Shown here piece after piece: positions 27,788 through 38,489 of a stretch of DNA of 51,684 bases. The notes beneath the pieces were generated by a model, which worked only from the letters and a program-made list of their open reading frames with translations, was not told where the DNA came from and did no database searches. Origin of the DNA: Dermatophilaceae bacterium (GTDB taxonomy: Bacteria > Actinomycetota > Actinomycetes > Actinomycetales > Dermatophilaceae). Each line of letters begins with the position of its first letter. Position 1 is the first letter of the stretch. The translations under genes and the position numbers were made by a program. Location of the stretch: positions 1 to 51,684 of the forward strand of contig JBOFLR010000706.1 of NCBI GenBank assembly GCA_051657965.1, given 5' to 3'.

Positions 27788-27945
27788 ACCGTCCCGCCCG
27801 CCACCACCGACGACCCGACCGCCGGCCTCCAGCCGACCCGGCTCCCGACGCGCCTTCCCCCGCGCCGGGCCCGGTTCGGATGGGGACCCGCAGCCGGGTC
27901 GCGCTGCACCACCACCGATCCGAGACTTCCCGACCGAGGAGGACG

Positions 27946-28920
27946 ATGACCACGCGAGGACCAGCAGAGCGCCGACACGTGCCGGTGCTGCTCGACCGGG
28001 TCGTGGACCTCCTCGAGCCGGCGCTTCGCGTCGACGGCGCGGTCTGCGTCGACGGCACGGTCGGCATGGGCGGGCACGCCGAGGCGCTGCTGCGCCGCAT
28101 CCCGACGGTGCGGGTGGTCGGGCTCGACCGCGACCCCGAGGCTGTCACCCTGGCCGGTGAACGACTCGCCGATTTCGGTGACCGGTTCGTCGCCGTGCAT
28201 GCTCGCTACGACGAGCTCGCCGACGTCCTGGCCGCGCGTGCGGACGGTGTCGCGCGCGGCATCCTCTTCGACCTCGGCGTGTCGTCTCTCCAGCTCGACG
28301 AGCCCGACCGCGGGTTCGCGTACCGCGCCGATGCACCGCTCGACATGCGCATGGATCAGTCCGCCGGACTCACGGCCGCCGACGTGCTCAACACCTATCC
28401 GGCCGAGGACCTCGCACGGGTCCTGCGCACCTACGGCGAGGAGCGCTTCGCCGGCCGGATCGCCGCGGCCGTGGTGCGCGAGCGCGAGCGGGCGCCGTTC
28501 ACGATGTCGGCGCGGCTGGTCGACCTGCTCCGGGATGCCGTCCCGGCCGCCTCCCAGCGCACCGGTGGCCACCCCGCCAAACGCACCTTCCAGGCGCTGC
28601 GCATCGAGGTCAACGCCGAGCTGGAGGTGTGGAGCCGCACGGTGACCTCGGCGATCGACGCACTCGCTCCGGGTGGCCGACTGGTCGTGCTGTCGTACCA
28701 CTCGCTCGAGGACCGCATCACCAAGCGAGCCTTCGCCGAAGGCGCCCGGAGCCGGACGCCGGCCGGGATGCCGGTCGAGCTGCCCGAGCACGCGCCCTAC
28801 CTCCGCCTGCTCACCCGAGGTGCCGAGCAGGCGTCGACGACGGAGCAGGCACGGAACCCGCGGTCCGCCTCGGTGCGCCTGCGGGCCGTCGAGCGACGTG
28901 CTCGAGAGGTGACCCCATGA
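27946..28920 (+). CDS. rsmH: 16S rRNA (cytosine1402-N4)-methyltransferase
   Basis: Lies within ORF 27880..28920. ATG 27946 follows [41 protein letters not shown] and [11 protein letters not shown] are RsmH signatures. Confidence 0.93.
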   Translation: MTTRGPAERRHVPVLLDRVVDLLEPALRVDGAVCVDGTVGMGGHAEALLRRIPTVRVVGLDRDPEAVTLAGERLADFGDRFVAVHARYDELADVLAARADGVARGILFDLGVSSLQLDEPDRGFAYRADAPLDMRMDQSAGLTAADVLNTYPAEDLARVLRTYGEERFAGRIAAAVVRERERAPFTMSARLVDLLRDAVPAASQRTGGHPAKRTFQALRIEVNAELEVWSRTVTSAIDALAPGGRLVVLSYHSLEDRITKRAFAEGARSRTPAGMPVELPEHAPYLRLLTRGAEQASTTEQARNPRSASVRLRAVERRAREVTP

Positions 28921-29510
28921 CTCAGCCCGTGTCGGCACGCACCGCATATCGCGCGCAGCCTCGCCGTACCACCGGCTCCGGTCGCCGGCTCCGCGTGGTC
29001 GCCCCGCCCGCCTCCCGCGGGAACGGCTGGTTCTTCCTCGTCTGCGCGACGCTGCTGCTCGGTGGAACGCTCGGTGTGCTGGTGCTCAACACGACGATGG
29101 CGAAGGGGGCGTACACCATGCGCGACCTCCAGCGTCGCTCCGACGAGCTCGCCGACACCCAGGATGCGTTGCGTCAGTCGGTGCAGGGCGTCTCCGGACC
29201 CGGGCCGCTGGCCCGCCGCGCGCGCGAGCTCGGAATGGTGCCGGCCGGCTCCGCGGCGTTCCTCCGGCTGTCCGACGGCGCGGTGCTCGGAGTCCCGCAG
29301 CCCGCGGTGGCCGACCAGACCTTCCGGGTCGTCACCGAGCCCTCGGCCCCCGCCGCCGCGGCCCGGCCGCCGGCTCCGTCGACGACCAGGCCATCACCGT
29401 CGCCGAGCGGTGGGCCGCCCCCGAGCGCATCGCCATCGCCGAGCAGTGGGCCGCCGTCGAGCGGCGCGCCGTCCCCGAGCGCGTCGCCAACTCCGAGCGG
29501 TGCACCGTGA
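28917..29510 (+). CDS. ftsL: Cell division protein FtsL-like (single TM, coiled coil, Pro/Ser-rich tail)
   Basis: Lies within ORF 28629..29510. ATG 28917 overlaps the rsmH stop (ATGA). It has a TM segment [20 protein letters not shown] followed by a short coiled coil, and occupies the position between rsmH and ftsI. Confidence 0.75.
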   Translation: MTQPVSARTAYRAQPRRTTGSGRRLRVVAPPASRGNGWFFLVCATLLLGGTLGVLVLNTTMAKGAYTMRDLQRRSDELADTQDALRQSVQGVSGPGPLARRARELGMVPAGSAAFLRLSDGAVLGVPQPAVADQTFRVVTEPSAPAAAARPPAPSTTRPSPSPSGGPPPSASPSPSSGPPSSGAPSPSASPTPSGAP

Positions 29511-31684
29511 GCCGGCGGCCCAAGCCGACCCCGGGGAGACGTGCCCCGGTCGCCGCGGACCGCGCGGCATCCGCGCGCTCCGGCTCGGCACGATCCACGC
29601 GAACGGGCTCGGCTCGATCTCCGCGAACCGGCTCGACCGGTCGGGTCCCGCGGACCACGTCCGATCGGTCCGGCGCTCGGACACCCCGGCCTCGTGCCGT
29701 GTCGCCGACAGCTGCCGCACCCCCGGCTGGTGCTCGCCGCACTCGGGCACCCGAGGCCACGGCCCGATCCGGCCCGGGCCGCCGCGCGCCCGTCCGTACC
29801 CACGGCGGGCGTGGCGGCCCGCCGCGCCGTCCGGCGCGTCGAACGCGGCGCTCGGCCGGCGGCAACCCCCGCTCGCGGATGCGCATGCTGACGATGGCCG
29901 TCTTCTTCGTCCTCAGTGTCTTCGGGGCCCAGCTGGTGCGGCTCCAGGGGCTCGACGCCGAGGCGGTGGCCGTGGCGGCGCAGGACCGACGGCTCACCTC
30001 GCAGGTCGTGCCCGCCCTCCGCGGGGAGGTCCGTGCCGCCGACGGCACCGTGCTGGCGTCGAGCACGGTGCGTGAGGTGGTCGTGGCCGACCAGACCGCC
30101 GTCTGTACCTACGGCACGAAGGCGTCGACCTGCTCCCCGGAGACCTCTGCCGTCGCCGTCCGTGCCGCGGCCACCAAGCTGTCGCCGCTCCTCGGCACGC
30201 CGGTGTCCGAGCTGGTCAGCGCGCTGACCGGCACCAGCAGGTACCGCGTGCTGAGCCGCGACGTCACGCCGGTGACCTGGAACCGCATCTCCGACCTCGG
30301 CATCCCCGGCATCGACCGCGACCGGCGCGAGACCCGGGCCGAACGGGTCTACCCGCAGGGCACGACCACCGCGGCACTGGTCGGCTACCTGCAGGATGAC
30401 GGCACCCCCGGCGGAGGCGTCGAGGTGATGGCCGACGACGCGCTGCGCGGGACGCCCGGGCAGCGCACCTTCGAGGTGGGCCGCGACGGCACCCGGATCC
30501 CGGCCGCCGAGAACCGGATGCAGCCGGCGGTCGACGGCCGTGACGTACACCTGACGATCGACTCCAGCCTGCAGTGGTACGCGCAGAACGCGCTCGCGCA
30601 GCGGATCCAGGACACCAAGGCCGAGTCGGGGACCGCGGTCGTCATGGACGCGAAGAAGGGCGACCTGCTGGCCGTGGCGTCGTACCCGACCTTCGACCCG
30701 AACACCGACGTCGGGAAGGACGGGGTCCGTCTCGGCAACGTCGCGTTCTCCGAGGTATTCGAGCCGGGGTCGACGGCGAAGATCATGACGGTGGCGGCCG
30801 CGCTCGAGGAGAAGACGGTCACGCCGGGCACGCCGGTCGTCATCCCGAACCGGATGAAGCGTTACGACACCTCGTTCAAGGACAGCCACGACCATCCCAC
30901 GCTCTACCGCACCGTGGCGGGGACGCTCGCCGAGTCCAGCAACATCGGCACGATGCTGGTGAGCGAGACGATGAAGCCGGCCACCTTGGAGAGCTACTTC
31001 CGCGCGTTCGGCCTGGGCAAGCGTTCCGGCACCGGCTATCCCGGGGAGTCCGCCGGCCTGCTCGCCCCGGCGTCGTCGTGGAGTGGCACGCAGCGCTCCA
31101 CGGTGGCCTTCGGACAGGGGCTCTCGGTCACGGCGATCCAGGCGGCATCGGTGTTCCAGACCATCGCGAACGACGGGGTGCGGGTGGCGCCCCGGCTGGT
31201 CGACCGCGTGGTCGACGCCGACGGCTCGGCGCGCGAGGCGCCGGCGTCGGCGCGCACCAGGGTGGTGTCGACCCAGACGGCGGGACAGGTGAGCGCCATG
31301 CTCGAGGGCGTCGTCAGCCCGGACGGCACCGCCGAGGAGGCCCAGATCGCCGGCTACCGAGTGGCCGGCAAGACCGGGACCGCCGACTACTTCGACTCCG
31401 ACGCCGGTCGCTACAACGGCCGGACCGCGAGCTTCATCGGCTACGCCCCGGCCGACGACCCGCAGATCGTCGTCGCGGTGATCGTGCAGAAGCCGACCTA
31501 CCCGTTCTTCGGCGGGTACGTCGCCGGGCCGGTCTTCAAGCAGCTGACCACCTACGCCCTACAGGAGCTCGGCATCCCCCCGACCGGCGCGACGGCGCCG
31601 AAGGTGCGGGTCAAGGTCGACCCCGCCGAAGCGCTGGCCGACCCCACCCTCCTCCGGGACGGTCGACCCCGCCGCCGAGGGTAG
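29507..31684 (+). CDS. ftsI: Division-specific class B penicillin-binding protein (FtsI/PBP3)
   Basis: 725 aa. GTG 29507 overlaps the ftsL stop (GTGA). A roughly 125-aa Arg/Ser-rich N-tail precedes the TM segment MLTMAVFFVLSVFGAQLV. The transpeptidase motifs STAK (in EPGSTAK), SSN (in ESSNIG) and KTGT (in AGKTGTA) are present. Confidence 0.9.
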   Translation: MSRRPKPTPGRRAPVAADRAASARSGSARSTRTGSARSPRTGSTGRVPRTTSDRSGARTPRPRAVSPTAAAPPAGARRTRAPEATARSGPGRRAPVRTHGGRGGPPRRPARRTRRSAGGNPRSRMRMLTMAVFFVLSVFGAQLVRLQGLDAEAVAVAAQDRRLTSQVVPALRGEVRAADGTVLASSTVREVVVADQTAVCTYGTKASTCSPETSAVAVRAAATKLSPLLGTPVSELVSALTGTSRYRVLSRDVTPVTWNRISDLGIPGIDRDRRETRAERVYPQGTTTAALVGYLQDDGTPGGGVEVMADDALRGTPGQRTFEVGRDGTRIPAAENRMQPAVDGRDVHLTIDSSLQWYAQNALAQRIQDTKAESGTAVVMDAKKGDLLAVASYPTFDPNTDVGKDGVRLGNVAFSEVFEPGSTAKIMTVAAALEEKTVTPGTPVVIPNRMKRYDTSFKDSHDHPTLYRTVAGTLAESSNIGTMLVSETMKPATLESYFRAFGLGKRSGTGYPGESAGLLAPASSWSGTQRSTVAFGQGLSVTAIQAASVFQTIANDGVRVAPRLVDRVVDADGSAREAPASARTRVVSTQTAGQVSAMLEGVVSPDGTAEEAQIAGYRVAGKTGTADYFDSDAGRYNGRTASFIGYAPADDPQIVVAVIVQKPTYPFFGGYVAGPVFKQLTTYALQELGIPPTGATAPKVRVKVDPAEALADPTLLRDGRPRRRG
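29582..29656 (+). repeat. Imperfect 24-nt tandem repeat (about 3 units) inside the ftsI 5' region
   Basis: The units are GGCTCGGCACGATCCACGCGAACG, GGCTCGGCTCGATCTCCGCGAACC and GGCTCGACCGGTCGGGTCCCGCGGACC. They encode GSARSTRT, GSARSPRT and GSTGRVPRT. Confidence 0.7.
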
Positions 31685-31695
31685 GGTCTGGCGTC

Positions 31696-33237
31696 GTGTC
31701 AGCCCCCCGCCCGACCTCCGCTCGCCCGGTCTCGCTCGTGGAGCTGGCCGGGCTCGCCGGAGCCGCCGAGGTCGCCCAGTTCGCCGACATCGACGTCACC
31801 GGCGTCACGCTGGACTCGCGTGCCGTGCAGCCCGGCGACCTCTACGCCGCTCTTCCCGGGGCCCGGGTCCACGGTGCCGACTTCGCCGCCGCGGCGGTGG
31901 CGGCCGGAGCGGTGGCTGTGCTCACCGACCCGGCGGGTGCGGGCCGGGTCGGTGGCCTGGGCACGCCACTTCTCGTCGTCGACCGCCCCCGGGCGGTGCT
32001 CGGTGCGCTGGCTGCGCGGATCATGCGCACCGAGCGCTCCACACTCCGCCTGGTCGGCGTCACCGGCACCAACGGCAAGACGACGGTCGCCCACCTGCTG
32101 CACTCGGCGCTCACCGCGCTCCACCGACGGCCCGGCCTGATCGGCACCGTCGAGACCCGTCTCGGCACGGACCGTATGGCCAGCGTCCGCACCACGCCCG
32201 AGGCTCCCGAGCTGCACGCGCTGCTGGCGGTCATGGCCGAACGCGGTCTCGACACCTGCGTCATGGAGGTGTCGAGTCACGCGCTCGCCCAGCACCGCGT
32301 CGACGGCGTGCGCTACGACGTGGCCCTGTTCACCAACCTCTCGCAGGACCACCTCGACTTCCACGCCGACATGGAGGACTACTTCGCCGCCAAGGCGTCG
32401 CTCTTCACCCCCGAGCGAGCCCGTCGCGGCGTCGTGTGTATCGACGACGAGTGGGGGAGACGGCTGGCCGCGGGTGGCAGCATCCCCCTCGAGACCCTGA
32501 CCACGCGGGCCGACCTGGACGCCGACTGGCGCGTGACGAGGTCGGATGACGACCCGTCCGCGTTCGTGCTGCACGGACCTGGCGCCATCCTGCGCCTGCG
32601 ATCGGGCATCCCCGGCGACTTCAACCTCACCAATACCGCACTCGCGGCAGCCGCGCTCGTGCGGCTCGGAGAGCCGGTGCGCGACGTCGAACGAGCGGTG
32701 CGGGCCACGCCGTACGTGCCGGGACGGATGGAGGTGGTCCGGGCACCGGCCGGTGTCGTGGCGCCCCGGGCAGTGGTCGACTACGCCCACACTCCCGACG
32801 CGATCCGGGCCGCGTTGACCGCGTTGCGGCCGACGACCCCGGGCCGGCTCGTCTGTGTCACCGGCGCGGGCGGCGATCGCGATCGCGACAAGCGCCAGGC
32901 CATGGGCGCCGCCGCGGCGGGAGTCGCCGACGTCGTCGTCGTCACCGACGACAACCCTCGCTCGGAGGATGCCGGCGCGATCCGGGCCGCGGTGCTGGCC
33001 GGCGCCGAGTCGGCGGCCCAGGCACGTGCGGCCGTGGTGCTCGAGGTCGGGGACCGCCGGTCCGCCATCCGTACCGCGGTCGACGCAGTGTGGCCCGACG
33101 GCCCGGCGGCCACCGTGGCCGTGGTCGGGAAGGGCCACGAGACCGGGCAGGAGGTGGCGGGCACGGTGTACCCGTTCGACGACCGCGACGAGCTGCGGGA
33201 GGCGCTGCGTCTGGCCGCGGAGGTGCCCGCGCGATGA
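31696..33237 (+). CDS. murE: UDP-N-acetylmuramoyl-L-alanyl-D-glutamate--2,6-diaminopimelate ligase
   Basis: Lies within ORF 30574..33237; the start is GTG 31696. Motifs include [31 protein letters not shown] and DNPRSEDA (Mur ligase, MurE type). Confidence 0.93.
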   Translation: MSAPRPTSARPVSLVELAGLAGAAEVAQFADIDVTGVTLDSRAVQPGDLYAALPGARVHGADFAAAAVAAGAVAVLTDPAGAGRVGGLGTPLLVVDRPRAVLGALAARIMRTERSTLRLVGVTGTNGKTTVAHLLHSALTALHRRPGLIGTVETRLGTDRMASVRTTPEAPELHALLAVMAERGLDTCVMEVSSHALAQHRVDGVRYDVALFTNLSQDHLDFHADMEDYFAAKASLFTPERARRGVVCIDDEWGRRLAAGGSIPLETLTTRADLDADWRVTRSDDDPSAFVLHGPGAILRLRSGIPGDFNLTNTALAAAALVRLGEPVRDVERAVRATPYVPGRMEVVRAPAGVVAPRAVVDYAHTPDAIRAALTALRPTTPGRLVCVTGAGGDRDRDKRQAMGAAAAGVADVVVVTDDNPRSEDAGAIRAAVLAGAESAAQARAAVVLEVGDRRSAIRTAVDAVWPDGPAATVAVVGKGHETGQEVAGTVYPFDDRDELREALRLAAEVPAR

Positions 33238-34667
33238 TCGCCATGAGTCTCGCCGCCGTGGCCGAGGCCACCGGAGGCCGGGTCGTGGGTGCCGACGCGG
33301 CCGTGCTCGTCGACGGTCCGGTGACCACCGACTCCCGCGAGGCCGGGCCGGGCGGGCTCTTCGTCGCCCGAGCCGGCGAACACGCCGACGGACACGACTT
33401 CGCGGCGGCGGCGCTCCGCCAGGGGGCGGTCGCCGCGCTCGTCGAGCGACCTGTCGACGGCGTGCCGTGCATCGTGGTCGACGACACCGAGCGCGCCTTC
33501 GGCAGGCTCGCCCGCGCTGTCGTCGACGCACTGCCGGAGCTGGTCGTGGTCGGCATCACCGGGTCCTCCGGCAAGACGACCACCAAGGACCTGCTCGGTG
33601 CCGTGCTCGCGTCCGACGCGCCGACGGTCGCCCCGGTCGGCTCCTACAACTCCGAGGTCGGCGTGCCCCTGACGGTCTGCCGGGTGCGGCCCGACACGCG
33701 CTACCTCGTCGCCGAGATGGGTGCGCGCGGTGTCGGCCACATCGCCCATCTCACCCGGGTGGCGCCGCCACGCATCGGCGTGGTGCTCAACGTCGGCTCG
33801 GCGCACCTGGGTGAGTTCGGCTCGCGAGAGGCCATCGGCCGGGCCAAGTCCGAGCTCGTCGCCGCCCTTCCCGCGGGTGGGCTGGCGGTGCTCAACGCCG
33901 ACGACGACATCGTGCGCGGCATGGCGGCGGTCACCTCGGCGCGGGTCGTCCTCGTCGGGGAGAGCACGGATGCCGACCTGCGCGCCTCCGAGGTCGAGCT
34001 CGACAGCAGCGGGCGAGCCCGGTTCGTCGTCACCGCCGCCGAGCGACGACGAACGGTCCGCCTCGCGGTCGCCGGCCGGCATCAGGTCGGCAACGCGCTG
34101 TCGGTGCTCGCCGTGGCGCTGGAGGTCGGCATGTCCCTCGACGACGCCTGCACCGCCCTCGAGTCGGCGACGCTCGACAGCCGATGGCGGATGGAGGTCA
34201 CCGAACGGGCCGACGGCGTCACCGTGGTGAACGACGCCTACAACGCCAACCCGGAGTCGATGACCGCCGCGCTCGCCGCACTGCAGGGGATGGGGGAGGG
34301 GCGGCGCACCTGGGCGGTGCTCGGCACCATGCTCGAGCTGGGCGCCGAGTCCGACGCGTTGCACGCCGCTGTGGGGTCGGCGGCGGTGGGCCGCGGCGTC
34401 GAGGAGCTGGTCGTCGTCGGGGCGGCTGCGGGTCCGATCGCCGACGGGGCCAGGGCCGAGGGCGCCGGCGTCGGACCGGGAGGTGGCGGGCCGTCGTCAT
34501 CCGGCACGACGCGGGTGCGCACCGTCGACGACGCCGAGGCGGCCGAGATCCTGCTCCGCGCCGAGCTGGCCCCCGGCGACGTCGTGCTGTTCAAGTCCTC
34601 GCGTGACGCCGGGCTCCGGTGGCTCGGAGACCGTCTGGCCGCAGCGACCTCCGGGGAGCCGACGTGA
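33234..34667 (+). CDS. murF: UDP-N-acetylmuramoyl-tripeptide--D-alanyl-D-alanine ligase
   Basis: Lies within ORF 33090..34667. ATG 33234 overlaps the murE stop (ATGA). Motifs include [35 protein letters not shown] and VLFKSSR. Confidence 0.93.
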   Translation: MIAMSLAAVAEATGGRVVGADAAVLVDGPVTTDSREAGPGGLFVARAGEHADGHDFAAAALRQGAVAALVERPVDGVPCIVVDDTERAFGRLARAVVDALPELVVVGITGSSGKTTTKDLLGAVLASDAPTVAPVGSYNSEVGVPLTVCRVRPDTRYLVAEMGARGVGHIAHLTRVAPPRIGVVLNVGSAHLGEFGSREAIGRAKSELVAALPAGGLAVLNADDDIVRGMAAVTSARVVLVGESTDADLRASEVELDSSGRARFVVTAAERRRTVRLAVAGRHQVGNALSVLAVALEVGMSLDDACTALESATLDSRWRMEVTERADGVTVVNDAYNANPESMTAALAALQGMGEGRRTWAVLGTMLELGAESDALHAAVGSAAVGRGVEELVVVGAAAGPIADGARAEGAGVGPGGGGPSSSGTTRVRTVDDAEAAEILLRAELAPGDVVLFKSSRDAGLRWLGDRLAAATSGEPT

Positions 34668-35746
34668 GGGCGGTACTCATCGCGGCCGTGGTCTCTCTGG
34701 TGGTCGCGCTGTTGGGGACGCCGATGTTCATCCGGTTCCTCGTGCGTCGCGGGTACGGCCAGTTCATCCGCGACGACGGCCCGACCTCGCACCACACCAA
34801 GCGCGGTACGCCGACGATGGGCGGGGCGGTCATCGTCGGCAGCTCGCTCGTCGCGTACGCGGTCGCCCACCTGGCCACCACCGACATGCCCACGGTGAGT
34901 GGGCTGCTGGTGCTGTTCCTCATGACCGGTCTCGGCCTGGTCGGCTTCCTCGACGACTACATCAAGATCAGCAAACAGCGCAGCCTCGGCCTCCGCTCGC
35001 GCGAGAAGCTCGCCGGACAGACCCTCGTCGCCGTCGTCTTCGCGGTGCTCGCCCTGCAGTTCCCCAACGAGTCGCTCCGGACCCCGGCCTCCACGTCGGT
35101 CTCGTTCGTCCGTGACACCCGGCTCGACCTCGCCTTCGGCGGGGCACTGCTGGGACTGGTGCTCTTCGTGGTGTGGGCCAACATCATCGTGGCCGGCACG
35201 TCCAACGGGGTGAACCTCACCGACGGCCTCGACGGCCTGGCGACCGGGAGCTCGGTCATGCTGTTCGCGGCGTACGTGCTGGTCGGCATCTGGCAGTTCA
35301 ACCAGAACTGCCAGTGGAACCCGGGGGCCAAGTGCTACGAGGTCCGCGACCCGCACGACCTGGCCATCGTCGCGGCGGCCGCGATGGGAGCGTGCTTCGG
35401 GTTCCTGTGGTGGAACGCGTCACCGGCCAAGATCTTCATGGGCGACACCGGCTCCCTGGCTCTCGGTGGGGCGATCGCCGGCCTGGCGATCCTCAGCCGT
35501 ACCGAGCTGCTCGTCGTCATCCTCGGTGGGCTCTTCGTCACGATCACCCTGTCGGTGATCATCCAGGTCGTGTCGTTCAAGACGACCGGGCGACGGGTGT
35601 TCAAGATGGCACCGCTGCAGCACCACTTCGAGCTCATGGGGTGGCAGGAGGTGACGATCGTCATCCGGTTCTGGATCATCGCCGGGCTGTTCGTCGCCCT
35701 CGGGCTCGGGCTGTTCTACGCCGAATGGGTGGTGGGCGTCGGATGA
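34664..35746 (+). CDS. mraY: Phospho-N-acetylmuramoyl-pentapeptide transferase
   Basis: Lies within ORF 34619..35746. GTG 34664 overlaps the murF stop (GTGA). It is polytopic, with [28 protein letters not shown] and [11 protein letters not shown] motifs. Confidence 0.95.
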   Translation: MRAVLIAAVVSLVVALLGTPMFIRFLVRRGYGQFIRDDGPTSHHTKRGTPTMGGAVIVGSSLVAYAVAHLATTDMPTVSGLLVLFLMTGLGLVGFLDDYIKISKQRSLGLRSREKLAGQTLVAVVFAVLALQFPNESLRTPASTSVSFVRDTRLDLAFGGALLGLVLFVVWANIIVAGTSNGVNLTDGLDGLATGSSVMLFAAYVLVGIWQFNQNCQWNPGAKCYEVRDPHDLAIVAAAAMGACFGFLWWNASPAKIFMGDTGSLALGGAIAGLAILSRTELLVVILGGLFVTITLSVIIQVVSFKTTGRRVFKMAPLQHHFELMGWQEVTIVIRFWIIAGLFVALGLGLFYAEWVVGVG

Positions 35747-37227
35747 CGCCACCGCCGGGTCGGCTCCACGGCCTCACCCACCGGGACGCCGACTGGTCGG
35801 GCCTGCGGGTCGCCGTCGCCGGGCTCGGGATCAGCGGGTTCGCCGCAGCCGCCGCGCTGCTGGACCGGGGCGCGCACGTCACGGTCGTCGACGGCCGCAC
35901 CCCGGATGCCGGGACCTCGGTCGGCGAGCGCGCCGACATCCTCGCCGTGCTCGGGGCGCGCCTGCGTCTCGGTGACGGCGCGGCCGGGGCGGCGCCGCAC
36001 GACCCGGTCGACCTGGTGGTCACCTCGCCGGGATGGCGACCCGACCAGCCGTTCCTCGCCGGTGCCGCGGCGCGCGGCGTGCCGGTGTGGGGAGAGGTCG
36101 AGCTGGCCTGGCGGATGCGGGCCCGCGAGAGCGCCGCGCCCTGGCTCACCGTCACCGGCACCAACGGCAAGACGACGACGGTGCGGCTGCTCGCCGGCAT
36201 GCTGGCCGCGGCCGGGCTGCGCGCCACGAGCGCCGGGAACGTGGGCACCCCGCTGCTGGAGGCGGTGCTGCATCCGCAGCCGTACGAAGTGCTGGCCGTC
36301 GAGCTGTCGAGCTTCCAGCTGCACTGGTCCCGGTCGATCCGGCCGCGGGCGGCCGTGTGTCTCAACGTGGCCCCCGACCATCTCGACTGGCACGGCTCGC
36401 TGGAGGCGTACACCGAGGCCAAGGGCCTGGTCTACGCGAACGCCGAGGTCGCCTGCGTCTACAACGCTCAGGACCCGGCGACCCGCCGGCTCGTCGAGGG
36501 CGCCGAGGTGCAGGAGGGATGCCGTGCGGTCGGGTTCACGCTCGGGGTGCCGGAGGTCTCGGAGGTCGGGCTGGTCGACGGGGTGCTCGCCGACCGCGCC
36601 TTCGTCGACGACCGGCGGACGTCGGCCGCGGAGCTCGGGACGCTCGACGACCTCCGCCGCGACGCACCGGCACCCGCGCCGCACCTGGTCGCGAACGCCC
36701 TGGCTGCGGCGGCGCTGGCCCGAGCGCACGGGGTGCCCTCGGCCGCGGTCCGCGCCGGGCTGCGGGGGTTCCGGCCCGACCCACACCGGGCGGCCGAGGT
36801 GGCGAGCGTGCGCGGCATCCGCTTCGTCGACGACTCCAAGGCCACCAACCCGCACGCCGCCGCCGCCAGCATCGCCGCCCACGACCGCGTCGTCTGGGTC
36901 GCGGGCGGGCTGCTCAAGGGGGCCGATGTCGAGGATCTGGTCCGGACGGTGGCTTCCCGGCTGCGCGGTGTGGTCCTGCTGGGGCGCGACCGTACCGCCT
37001 TTTCCGCAGCGCTCGCCCGACACGCCCCGGATGTGCCGGTCGTCGACGTCGTCCGAGTCGACACTGGAGCCATGGACCAGGTGGTCGCGGAGTCCCTCGC
37101 GCTCGCTCGCGGCGGTGATGTCGTGCTGCTCGCGCCGGCCGCCGCGTCGATGGACATGTTCGACGACTACGGCGCCCGCGGCGACGCCTTCGCCGGCGCG
37201 GTTCGGCGCGCCGTCGCCGAGGAGTAG
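35743..37227 (+). CDS. murD: UDP-N-acetylmuramoylalanine--D-glutamate ligase
   Basis: Lies within ORF 35173..37227. ATG 35743 overlaps the mraY stop (ATGA). Motifs include [30 protein letters not shown] and [12 protein letters not shown]. Confidence 0.93.
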   Translation: MTPPPGRLHGLTHRDADWSGLRVAVAGLGISGFAAAAALLDRGAHVTVVDGRTPDAGTSVGERADILAVLGARLRLGDGAAGAAPHDPVDLVVTSPGWRPDQPFLAGAAARGVPVWGEVELAWRMRARESAAPWLTVTGTNGKTTTVRLLAGMLAAAGLRATSAGNVGTPLLEAVLHPQPYEVLAVELSSFQLHWSRSIRPRAAVCLNVAPDHLDWHGSLEAYTEAKGLVYANAEVACVYNAQDPATRRLVEGAEVQEGCRAVGFTLGVPEVSEVGLVDGVLADRAFVDDRRTSAAELGTLDDLRRDAPAPAPHLVANALAAAALARAHGVPSAAVRAGLRGFRPDPHRAAEVASVRGIRFVDDSKATNPHAAAASIAAHDRVVWVAGGLLKGADVEDLVRTVASRLRGVVLLGRDRTAFSAALARHAPDVPVVDVVRVDTGAMDQVVAESLALARGGDVVLLAPAAASMDMFDDYGARGDAFAGAVRRAVAEE

Positions 37228-37229
37228 CA

Positions 37230-38489
37230 GTGAGCAGCGCGACCGCACCGGCCCGCGCCACCTCGCCCCCGAGCCCCACCGGGTCCTGGCTGGCGCGGCT
37301 CGAGTCGCCGGTCACCACGTACTACCTCATCCTCGGGGTGACCGGCCTGCTCGTGGTGTTCGGACTGGTGATGGTCCTCTCGGCGTCGTCGGTCATCTCG
37401 ATCGGCGAGACGTCGTCGGCCTACTCGATCTTCGCCAGCCAGCTCGCGTTCGCCGCGTTCGGCGCGCTGGTGCTCATGGTCGCCTCGCGTCTCCCGATCC
37501 GTGCCTGGCGAGCTCTGGCCCTGCCGATCTTGGCGCTCGCCGTCGGCCTCCAGCTGGTCGTGCTCTACAGCCCGCTCGGCGAGACCATCCAGGGCAACCG
37601 CAACTGGCTCGACCTGGGAGGGTTCACCATGCAGCCCTCGGAGCTGGTGAAGGTCGGGCTGGTCATGACCGGCGGAGTCGTCCTCGCGGCGAAGCGCCGG
37701 CACCTCGGCGCCTTCTCGCACGTCGTCATCCCCTACCTGGTGCCCCTGGCCGTCGTGGGCATCGGTGTCGTGGTGCTCGGACACGACATCGGCACCGCCC
37801 TGGTGCTCGCCGCCATCGTCGCCGGGGTGCTCTTCGCCGCCGGTGTGCCACTGCGGTTCTTCGTCTACCTGGGCCTGCCCACCGTTGCCGCGGTGGTCGC
37901 CCTGGTCGTCACCAGCCCCAACCGGCTCGGCCGCCTCGACGTGTGGATGGGGCGCGACGTCGACATCTACGGTGCCGCGCGCCAGCCCATCCACGGTCGG
38001 TTCGCCCTCGCCGACGGTGGCTGGTTCGGGGTCGGGCTCGGGCAGAGCCGGGAGAAGTGGGGCCTGCTCTCCGAGCCGCACAACGACTTCATCTTCGCCA
38101 TCATCGGTGAGGAGCTCGGCCTGCCCGGCACGGTCGCCGTCCTCGTGCTGCTCGGTGTGCTGACCCTCGCCTGTCTCCGCCTGGTGAGCCGCACCGATGA
38201 CCTGTTCGTGCGGATCGTCACCGCCGGGGTGACCACCTGGATCCTCGTCCAGGCACTGGTCAACATCGGAGCCGTCATCAACCTGCTGCCCGTCGTCGGT
38301 GTCCCGCTCCCGCTGGTCTCCTCGGGTGGTTCGTCGCTCGTCACGACCATGGGCGCGCTCGGCATCCTGTTGTCCTTCGCTCGTCGCGAACCGGGCTGTG
38401 CCGCGGCCCTGTCGGCCCGGTCGTCGGCCCTGCGCCGCAGTCTTGCGGTGCTCCCGGCGACGGTCCGGTCACGGCAGGGGCGCCGGTGA
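37230..38489 (+). CDS. ftsW: SEDS-family cell division protein FtsW (peptidoglycan glycosyltransferase / lipid II flippase candidate)
   Basis: 419 aa, polytopic. QPSELVKV, PHNDFIFAIIGEELG and GVPLPLVSSGGSS are SEDS signatures. It lies between murD and murG. Confidence 0.92.
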   Translation: MSSATAPARATSPPSPTGSWLARLESPVTTYYLILGVTGLLVVFGLVMVLSASSVISIGETSSAYSIFASQLAFAAFGALVLMVASRLPIRAWRALALPILALAVGLQLVVLYSPLGETIQGNRNWLDLGGFTMQPSELVKVGLVMTGGVVLAAKRRHLGAFSHVVIPYLVPLAVVGIGVVVLGHDIGTALVLAAIVAGVLFAAGVPLRFFVYLGLPTVAAVVALVVTSPNRLGRLDVWMGRDVDIYGAARQPIHGRFALADGGWFGVGLGQSREKWGLLSEPHNDFIFAIIGEELGLPGTVAVLVLLGVLTLACLRLVSRTDDLFVRIVTAGVTTWILVQALVNIGAVINLLPVVGVPLPLVSSGGSSLVTTMGALGILLSFARREPGCAAALSARSSALRRSLAVLPATVRSRQGRR

